NCBI GenBank assembly: GCA_049976425.1
Contig: JBMFIG010000033.1
Coordinates: forward strand, 1 to 13,727
DNA length: 13,727 nt
Origin: Thermoproteus sp.
Lineage (GTDB): Archaea > Thermoproteota > Thermoprotei > Thermoproteales > Thermoproteaceae
Direction of reading: 5' to 3'
Below, one piece after another: positions 7,066 through 13,727 of the stretch; position 1 is the first letter of the stretch; every line of letters starts with the position of its first letter. Under the pieces are notes generated by a model that searched no databases, was not told the origin of the DNA, and was given only the letters and a program-made list of their open reading frames with translations. Both the position numbers and the translations under genes were made by a program.

Positions 7066-8046
7066 ATGGTCTACCTAAGGGCTTCGGGGAGGTTCGAGGT
7101 GCAGGTCGCCGTGTTGACGGGCCAGGGGGTTATGGGGAACTACAACATGCACACTACCGTCCGCGTGGTCCACGACGGGAAGGTCTACGAGGTGCCCGCC
7201 TTGACCGGCAACGCGTTGAAGCACTGGCACTCCGTCCACGCCGCGGAGGCCTACGAGGCGCTCGGCGGCAAGATGCTGAATGAATACTGCCGAGCCGGGG
7301 TCGGGCTTAGGGGCAAGAACCTAAAGGGGCAGGACGCTGACAGCGAGGCGGACGCCATAGAGGACTTCTGCAACGATCTCCACGGCTTTCTGATACCCAA
7401 CAAACAGATCAAGAGGGACAGCTTGGCGAAGTTCGCCTTCGCAATCCCTGTCTTGGCCCCAGAGGTGCTGGAGTCGGTCAGCAAATTTGCGGTGACTCAC
7501 AATAGGGTGGATCCCACGAAGAAGGGCGAGGAGACTGAGATGATGGTGTTTAGGCAGGAGTACTCCTCAGGCCACCTCTACGGGTTCGCCGCGTCCTTCG
7601 ACTTGGCCTACCTGATGGTACCCATATACGACGTCCTCAGGGGAGGCGCCGCGAAAGCTGAGGCGAATACGGACGAAAAGATCAGAAGAGCTAGGGCGGC
7701 TTTCGCTGGCCTTATAGCCGCCATCTCGGGCGGCTACGGGTCGAAGGCGGCTAGGGCTCTGCCCATATCAGATCTCAAGGAGCTCGTCGTTGCGGTCTCG
7801 CAGAGGCCCATACCGCCTCTGGTCCACGGCGCCTATCAAGGCTATGCGGCTAAATCCCTCGACGTTCTAGAGGCGTATCTGCATATAGTCGGGGGTGCCG
7901 CTGACGTTGTGTGCTACGGCGTTGAGTGCCCCAGCGGCAGTAAGGCCAAGGTAAAACGCGCGGGGAGCCTCAAGGAGCTCGTCGAGATAGTCGATGGGCT
8001 GATAAGGCAGTATATCGGCGGCGAGAAGGCGAGCGAGAGGCGGTAG
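7066..8046 (+). CDS. cas7: Type I-A Cascade backbone Cas7 (Csa2)
   Basis: 326 aa. Motifs GNYNMH, EVPALTGNALKHWH, DLHGFL, IKRDSL, THNRV and GSKAARALPI are typical of Csa2/DevR. Confidence 0.95.
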   Translation: MVYLRASGRFEVQVAVLTGQGVMGNYNMHTTVRVVHDGKVYEVPALTGNALKHWHSVHAAEAYEALGGKMLNEYCRAGVGLRGKNLKGQDADSEADAIEDFCNDLHGFLIPNKQIKRDSLAKFAFAIPVLAPEVLESVSKFAVTHNRVDPTKKGEETEMMVFRQEYSSGHLYGFAASFDLAYLMVPIYDVLRGGAAKAEANTDEKIRRARAAFAGLIAAISGGYGSKAARALPISDLKELVVAVSQRPIPPLVHGAYQGYAAKSLDVLEAYLHIVGGAADVVCYGVECPSGSKAKVKRAGSLKELVEIVDGLIRQYIGGEKASERR

Positions 8047-8048
8047 TC

Positions 8049-8747
8049 GTGGCGTACTTTGTGGTGGATCTGGCGTTTCCATTATTCTCCATAAAGGAAC
8101 TCGACGTGTACCAAGTCGCGGCGTCCGCGCCTCTGCCTTCGCCCTCGTCGATAGTGGGGGCGGTGGGGGCTGCTATGGGCAGGGCGGGGCTGTGCCGCGG
8201 CGCCGAATGCCTCGACGTGGCCCGCAACGCGGTGAAGGTCGCTAGGCCCGTGGCGGTGGGCCGCGTGGCGAAGTCGCCCGTGGTTTTAAGGAGGGCCAGA
8301 GGGGTCCTGGAGGAGAGGGCTCTGCCCGGCGGCTTTGCGGAGTTCGTCAAGTTTTCGGACGCCATGTCGAGGGAGTACGTCTTCGCCGCCTCGATGAAGC
8401 TCCTCATAGTAGGCGACGTGGAGCCGGAGGTCCTCTACCTCATAGATAGGCTGGGCGACTCCGAGTCGCTGGCTGCTGTCGTGGGCGTGCGCCGGTACGA
8501 CGATGCGCGTAGTTGCGGGGGAGGGGTCAACGTGCCCGTGGCGAGGGAGGTCGTCAAGGGCGGTAGCTACACCTTGGTGAAGATGGCCGACGAGAGGGGC
8601 AAGCCGAGGTATTTCGCCTTGCCTGTCGTGAGGTCCGGCGGCGACGTCTACCAGCCCTCCGCGATCGAGGTGGACCGGGGCGTGCTTTGCGTCGAGGACG
8701 TGAGGTTCCCCGAGAACAAGGGACCCTCCGGCGGTTATGACTGGTGA
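8049..8747 (+). CDS. cas5a: Type I-A Cas5a
   Basis: 232 aa. N-terminal FSIK...YQVA...PLPSPSSIVGA, DAMSREY and RLGDSESL are Cas5a motifs. Confidence 0.93.
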   Translation: MAYFVVDLAFPLFSIKELDVYQVAASAPLPSPSSIVGAVGAAMGRAGLCRGAECLDVARNAVKVARPVAVGRVAKSPVVLRRARGVLEERALPGGFAEFVKFSDAMSREYVFAASMKLLIVGDVEPEVLYLIDRLGDSESLAAVVGVRRYDDARSCGGGVNVPVAREVVKGGSYTLVKMADERGKPRYFALPVVRSGGDVYQPSAIEVDRGVLCVEDVRFPENKGPSGGYDW

Positions 8748-10524
8748 GGTGAGGGAGGTCATTAAGGAGATGGTGGCTACGTGGTGTAGGGCCAGAGGCG
8801 CCGGGCCGTGCAGAGTCGACGAGAGCGTCCTGGACAGACAGGTCGCGGTCGCCAAGAGGATCGAGGAATCCGAGGGGCTCGTGGTCGTCAGAGCGCCGAC
8901 GGGCGTCGGCAAGACGGAGCTCTGGGCCGCTCCGTTCTTCGCCCAGTGGCGCACGGGGGACTGGTTCGCGCCGAGGATGTACGTCGTGGAGCCTATGCAC
9001 GCCTTGCTGAACCAGATGAGGGAGAGGATGGCCGCCTACGCAAAGGCTCTGGCGCCCGGCGTAACTGTCGGCGAGGATCACGGCGAGGCGCCGAGCGACG
9101 TGTACCTATACACGGCGGTTGTGACCTTGACGACTGTCGACGCGTTGGTGTACGGCTATCTCGCCCAGAGGGTTCTCAAATGGCGGCAACGCGGCGTGGA
9201 GACAGGCTACTACACCATGCCCTCGGGCTTGCTGGCGTCCGCCTACATAGTCTTCGACGAGGCCCACCTCATGCAGGACGAGTTCTACCTAGGCCCCCGC
9301 GTACTCGGCTCAGTGGTGTGCGACCTCGTTGAGGCAGGCGCTAAGGTCGTGTTGTCGACGGCCACCCTGCCGGACGCGTATCTGAAATACTTCAAGTGCG
9401 TCGATCTGGCCTCCAGAGGCGGGAAAATCGCGGAGGGTGTCACGGAGCTCGATCTCGGCAGAGGCTATCTGTTGGATCTAGAGGGGCCGGATAGGAAGGT
9501 GGATATAGAGCTCGTCGAGGGTCCTCTCACCGCCGAGGCGTTGAACAAACAACTAGACTGCGAGGGCCGCAACATCGTCATAGTCAACACGGTGAGGAAG
9601 GCGCGCGAGATCTACAAGAGGCTTGAGTGTGAGAGGAAGGCCGTGGTGCACTCGTTGATGAGGAAGGAAGATAGGGACGCGGCGTCTAAACGCGTGGAGG
9701 ACGGAGGCGTTCTGGTCGGCACGCAGGCGCTCGAGGTCGGCCTAGACCTCGACCTAGACGCGCTCTATACAGAGCTCTCGCCCGTGGACAGCCTTGTCCA
9801 GCGGCTCGGCAGGGTGGGGAGGAGGAGGCGTGGGAGGGCCCTCGTCTTCAAGGCCGAGGGGCCTGCGCCGTATTTGAAGGAGCTCGTGGAGCGCACAGAG
9901 AGGGAGGTCGCGCGGGATCCGTCTGCGCTGAACGTATGGTCGCGTGTCAAGGATCTCGTGAACAAGGTCTACGACGCTAAGGCGGTCGAGGAGATAGCCG
10001 AAAAGGGCGAGGGGATGTACGTCGAGGCTTTGGCCTACCTCTCCGAGCTGTCGCTCTTCTCCTATCCCCCTCGGAGGGAGGTCCTCTTGAGGCCGAGCAA
10101 CTACGCGATAATCTACATAGTCCGCGGACCGCCTCGGGTAAAGGTCGGCAGAGATGAGTTGCTGAGGGGCTTGGTTAAATTCTCCTATAGATCTTACGAT
10201 GAAAGTAGACTGAAGCTGTTCATCGACAATTTCGGCGGCACCATATACAAGGTCAAGGAGCTCGAGGACAAAGACGCCGTGCTCGAGAAGGTGGAAAAGG
10301 ATAGCCTCGTGATAGAGGCGGGGAGGCGGAGGGATGGAGAGCGGGAAAAGAGGCTGAGGGACGACGAGTTCGTCGTCTTCACCGAAGAACTCGGGGATCT
10401 GTACGACGACGCCGGAATCGCCGTAGAGAGGCTGGAGGGACGGGGCGGCGGCGTCGAGGCCTCCGGGCCGGGCGCGGCGAAGGCGAGGAAGAGGAGGTCT
10501 AGGAAGGGCTCTGGAGGGCCATGA
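8737..10524 (+). CDS. cas3: Cas3' SF2 helicase
   Basis: 595 aa. APTGVGKT (motif I), DEAH (II), STAT (III), VNTV, TQALEVGLD and QRLGRVGR (VI). No HD domain. Confidence 0.96.
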   Translation: MTGEVREVIKEMVATWCRARGAGPCRVDESVLDRQVAVAKRIEESEGLVVVRAPTGVGKTELWAAPFFAQWRTGDWFAPRMYVVEPMHALLNQMRERMAAYAKALAPGVTVGEDHGEAPSDVYLYTAVVTLTTVDALVYGYLAQRVLKWRQRGVETGYYTMPSGLLASAYIVFDEAHLMQDEFYLGPRVLGSVVCDLVEAGAKVVLSTATLPDAYLKYFKCVDLASRGGKIAEGVTELDLGRGYLLDLEGPDRKVDIELVEGPLTAEALNKQLDCEGRNIVIVNTVRKAREIYKRLECERKAVVHSLMRKEDRDAASKRVEDGGVLVGTQALEVGLDLDLDALYTELSPVDSLVQRLGRVGRRRRGRALVFKAEGPAPYLKELVERTEREVARDPSALNVWSRVKDLVNKVYDAKAVEEIAEKGEGMYVEALAYLSELSLFSYPPRREVLLRPSNYAIIYIVRGPPRVKVGRDELLRGLVKFSYRSYDESRLKLFIDNFGGTIYKVKELEDKDAVLEKVEKDSLVIEAGRRRDGEREKRLRDDEFVVFTEELGDLYDDAGIAVERLEGRGGGVEASGPGAAKARKRRSRKGSGGP

Positions 10525-11204
10525 GCTGTTGCGCCTATTGGGACGAAGGGGGGAGCTGCGTCGAGACCTACGAGAAGCATATCGAGAGGGTCTTGGAGAA
10601 GTGGAGGGTCATGCGGCCGTACTACAAAAGCTGGGTGGAGGGCAGGTTCGGGATAGACGCGGTGGAGTTGGCTATAAAATTCCACGACTTGGGCAAGCTC
10701 GCGAGGGCGTACGGAGATAGGTCCCAGAGGCGTCTCTACAGGCACGAGATCTTGGGCGCGTACTTCGCCTACAAGGTGCTGGAGGGCGATCTGCGCTATT
10801 ACGTCGCGGCGGCAGTAGCTCTACACCACGAGCCGATAATCATGGGCGTCTACGTCGGCGAGCTCGGCGAGAGCCGGCTCAATATATCGACGTTGTGGGC
10901 CATGTTGCGGGACGTCGATCTGAGCCTATCCTGCGACTACGCGCCCGCGGATCGCCCCCTGAAGGAGGCCGTGGATCTCTGGAGGAAGGGCGTGGACGTA
11001 TCCGACGTCACGGCCGCCTTTAGGGATATGTTGGCCTTCCTGAGCGCCGGGACGGCCGTCGAGAGGAGGCATAAGAGGCTCTTGGTCGCGGGCGTACTGC
11101 ACCCCCTCGTGGTGGCCGACTCCACTGCGGCGATGGAGGGCCGAAGAGGACGCGGCACCAAGATAGCGAGGGCGGCTATCTCGGGCGCTGAGCCGGGGCT
11201 ATGA
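10521..11204 (+). CDS. cas3'': Cas3'' HD nuclease
   Basis: 227 aa. H...HDLGK, RHE, ALHHE and VAD HD-domain motifs; ATGA overlap with cas3'. Confidence 0.94.
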   Translation: MSCCAYWDEGGSCVETYEKHIERVLEKWRVMRPYYKSWVEGRFGIDAVELAIKFHDLGKLARAYGDRSQRRLYRHEILGAYFAYKVLEGDLRYYVAAAVALHHEPIIMGVYVGELGESRLNISTLWAMLRDVDLSLSCDYAPADRPLKEAVDLWRKGVDVSDVTAAFRDMLAFLSAGTAVERRHKRLLVAGVLHPLVVADSTAAMEGRRGRGTKIARAAISGAEPGL

Positions 11205-12250
11205 GGTACTATACGCCCGGCCACGGGCTCGTCGCGGATTCCTTGATAATGCACGGTTTCGTGAAGCTCGTACACGTCTCGGGCAGTCTTTCTGGCAGGG
11301 TGAGGAGGCTCGGCGAGCGTTTCGAGATGGAGGCGGATCAAGTCGATTGGGATAGGTATAGGGAATGGGAGCTCCACGAGTTCGTGAAAGTTGCCGTCGA
11401 CCGCGACGTGGACGTAGGCCCTCTCGAGGATCTGCGGAGGTCCGCGATAGACGTGGCGGGCTTCCCGACTTGGAAGAAGAGGCTCAAGGAGGCCCTAGAC
11501 GTGTTGCCCACAGTGTTCGACCTCTCCGTAGATCACGCCGAGAGGTTCAAGGAAGGGCGCAGAAAGGGAGGGAAAGGGTACACGCTCTATCTGCCTATCT
11601 CGTTGACGTTTGGCAAATACAACGTGGTCGACTACAGCGTGATGGACTCGGCCTACACCGTGTGCCCCTCCTGTTTTGCCCTTGCGACCTTGGGCTACAT
11701 ATACGGCGCCACGAAGGTCAGAATCGGCGCCGGAAACGACTTCGTCGTATACAACATAGCGGCTGTCCCCGGCGACGAGCTCAACTTAGTCGACCTGGTG
11801 GCGTTGCAGAGGCTGGCCGGCTTGGTGGAGATATGGGGCGGCGAGAGGGCGGGTAAGGGCATAAACGCGTTGGGGGCTCTCGTCTATGCGCTGTCTTTCG
11901 GCGAGACCGTCATGGCCGTGGAGCGCCCGATAGATTTCGTCGTATGGCGGACAGAGCGGTCGGGCAATAACCAGAGAGCCATGGCGGAGGGGATCTATAG
12001 GGGGCGGAGGCTACTCGAGGCTCTGGCCAGGCTGAAGCTGTACTTCCCCAGATGGCCTAACGCGGTCAGGCGGCTGTCCGGCGACGTCCTAAACGCAGTC
12101 GGGGAATACCTCGTCTTCGGAGGGGATGCCTACGCGGTGGTCAGGGACATAGTCAGGGACTTGAGGTCAGACAAGAGAGGAGGCGGCGGGTCGCGGGCCT
12201 TCGACGTCGAGCCGATAGCGAAGGTCCTTTTAAGCTTGCAGAGCCAATAA
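11201..12250 (+). CDS. cas8a2: Type I-A large subunit Cas8a2 (Csa4)
   Basis: 349 aa. N-terminal YYTPGH, TLYLPI...GKY and CPSC...LGYIYG; position after cas3'' matches the Thermoproteus I-A gene order. Confidence 0.85.
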   Translation: MRYYTPGHGLVADSLIMHGFVKLVHVSGSLSGRVRRLGERFEMEADQVDWDRYREWELHEFVKVAVDRDVDVGPLEDLRRSAIDVAGFPTWKKRLKEALDVLPTVFDLSVDHAERFKEGRRKGGKGYTLYLPISLTFGKYNVVDYSVMDSAYTVCPSCFALATLGYIYGATKVRIGAGNDFVVYNIAAVPGDELNLVDLVALQRLAGLVEIWGGERAGKGINALGALVYALSFGETVMAVERPIDFVVWRTERSGNNQRAMAEGIYRGRRLLEALARLKLYFPRWPNAVRRLSGDVLNAVGEYLVFGGDAYAVVRDIVRDLRSDKRGGGGSRAFDVEPIAKVLLSLQSQ

Positions 12251-12253
12251 TTA

Positions 12254-13093
12254 GTGCGTTTCAAGGTCGAGATAAGGCCGGACGGAGAGAACATCTGGCT
12301 GGCCGGCGAGGGGCATTTGGCGGATAAGACGGTGATTATGGGAGCTCCCCGTTCCGGAAAATCCACGTTCCTGAAACTGCTCTATTCGCTTCTGGTTGAG
12401 TACGACGACGAGTCCCACACGGTCGCCAAGGACGTCGCCTCCCACGTGCTGGAGGGTGGCGGCTTCATTGAGCTGGCCGTGGAGGGGATGCGCCTGCGTT
12501 GCTCCGCGGGCCGTGAAGATGCGGAGCCGGCGTGTTCTAGGGACGGCGTCTCCAGATCCGAGCCGGTGTACTTATTCTACGAGGGCTTCGAGCTGAGCAT
12601 TAGGGAGGGCTTGAGGCCCCAGCTGTACCAGAACATGATGGCGAGGCTCGACGCCTTCGTCGCCGAGCAGAAGATCCGCGGGAGGTATGCCATATTGCGG
12701 AGCGAGGGCCGGTGGTACGAGGTCTTCGAGAGCCGGCGCATTCCGCTGAGCAACTCCTCCAACGCCGTGGCGGTCGTGGGATATCTGGAGAGGGCGGCCC
12801 GGCTGGAGAGGGGCTGGTTGTTGATAGACGGCGTCCTCGACCAGCTCTACCCGGAGGACGCGTTGTACGCCGCCGCGCAACTCTTGACATCGCGGGGTAA
12901 GGTAGTCGTGACGACACACAGCCCCTGGGTGAAGGATCTGTTCTTGTGCTATCCCTCCACGTTGAGGCTGGCCGGCCTCGACGCCGCGCAGAGGATCGAC
13001 GTGATAGCATACGAGGTGGTCAAGGGCGGGTTCATGAAAATCGACTACTCCTCGTACGGAGATATCTACAGCAAGCTCTATGGGGGCTGTTAA
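12254..13093 (+). CDS. ABC-superfamily (AAA_15/AAA_21-like) ATPase with degenerate Walker B
   Basis: 279 aa, GTG start 3 nt after the cas8a2 stop. Walker A GAPRSGKST, signature-like IPLSNSSNA, Walker B-like LLIDGVLDQLYP and H-loop VVTTHSP. Confidence 0.8.
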   Translation: MRFKVEIRPDGENIWLAGEGHLADKTVIMGAPRSGKSTFLKLLYSLLVEYDDESHTVAKDVASHVLEGGGFIELAVEGMRLRCSAGREDAEPACSRDGVSRSEPVYLFYEGFELSIREGLRPQLYQNMMARLDAFVAEQKIRGRYAILRSEGRWYEVFESRRIPLSNSSNAVAVVGYLERAARLERGWLLIDGVLDQLYPEDALYAAAQLLTSRGKVVVTTHSPWVKDLFLCYPSTLRLAGLDAAQRIDVIAYEVVKGGFMKIDYSSYGDIYSKLYGGC

Positions 13094-13586
13094 CTGTCCC
13101 TGCGTCGCCAGGTTTCTGTTGCGGAAGGAGCCGAGGTACTGCTATAAGTTTATACGTATATCCGGCTTGAGCCTTCTAGACTACAACGAGGCGAGGAGGT
13201 ATCTCGGCGCGGTGTCCGACGATGAGGTGATCCGATGTTCCGGCCAGCCGGACGACATGTCGGTGGATTGCGTGGCGGATTGCGGCGGGGGCCATATAGG
13301 CGTTGAGTTCACCACGTGGACCGACGTGGATAAGCTAGAGCAGAAGCTCGACAAGAGCGCGATGCGCAAGAAGTGCGGGGAGGAAATACGCTGTGTAGTC
13401 GTCGCGGGTCTGCACAGGGAGAATTTACCCCAGGCGCGGGAAAGGCTGGGCCGGCTTGAAAAGCGGCTGTCGTATGTCGACGAGAACGACCTCCCCAGTT
13501 TGCGGCAGAAGGTGTGTGGAGGCGATCTCGACGTGATTGTGCTGGCCCTAGGCGGTCAGGGATGTTGCAGATGTGAGGCTACTTAA
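13080..13586 (+). CDS. Cysteine-rich hypothetical protein, possible PD-(D/E)xK-fold nuclease
   Basis: 168 aa with 12 Cys, overlapping the ATPase stop by 14 nt. Motif SVDCVA...HIGVEFT is followed by a helix (DKLEQKL) and a hydrophobic strand (CVVVAG). The nuclease call is inference. Confidence 0.65.
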   Translation: MGAVNCPCVARFLLRKEPRYCYKFIRISGLSLLDYNEARRYLGAVSDDEVIRCSGQPDDMSVDCVADCGGGHIGVEFTTWTDVDKLEQKLDKSAMRKKCGEEIRCVVVAGLHRENLPQARERLGRLEKRLSYVDENDLPSLRQKVCGGDLDVIVLALGGQGCCRCEAT

Positions 13587-13727
13587 CTGCGCCACTAGGG
13601 TTGTCAAGAAGCTTTTGAGGGGGAGAGGCGGTCGAGTCGTTCTGTAGAGGCGCCGAGAGGTTCGTCGGGTCTCGGGCGTACCTCAAGGTGGTCGCCGTGG
13701 AGTTCGCCCCGAAGGACGCCGCCGAGC
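13573..13727 (+). pseudogene. Possible frameshifted gene (paralog-like of 13080..13586), truncated by window
   Basis: GTG 13573 overlaps the previous stop and gives MRLLNCATRVVKKLLRG..., stopping at TAG 13645-13647. The +1 frame after the G5 run (13619-13623) is open to the window end (EAVESFCRGAERFVGSRAYLKVVAVEFAPKDAAE). Confidence 0.35.

Overview
GC-rich archaeal DNA, most likely Thermoproteus-like (Thermoproteales), inferred from the repeat sequence and gene order. It carries a subtype I-A CRISPR-Cas locus. Positions 1-3282 are the 3' part of a CRISPR array with the 24-bp repeat GAATCTCAAGAAGAGGATTGAAAG: 49 repeats (the first truncated by the window) and 48 spacers of 37-56 bp. Next come a minus-strand adaptation operon (csa1-cas1-cas2-cas4), the divergent regulator csa3, and a plus-strand interference operon (csa5-cas7-cas5a-cas3'-cas3''-cas8a2). 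No cas6 is in the window. The strongest candidate for an undescribed system is an extension of the Cascade operon: a degenerate ABC-type ATPase, a 12-Cys protein with a PD-(D/E)xK-like motif, and a possible frameshifted paralog at the window edge. Other notable signals are a palindromic operator shared by the csa3 and Cascade promoters, two spacers overlapping on opposite strands of one multi-hairpin target, a spacer antisense to the repeat, and 5'-T/3'-G bias at spacer ends.
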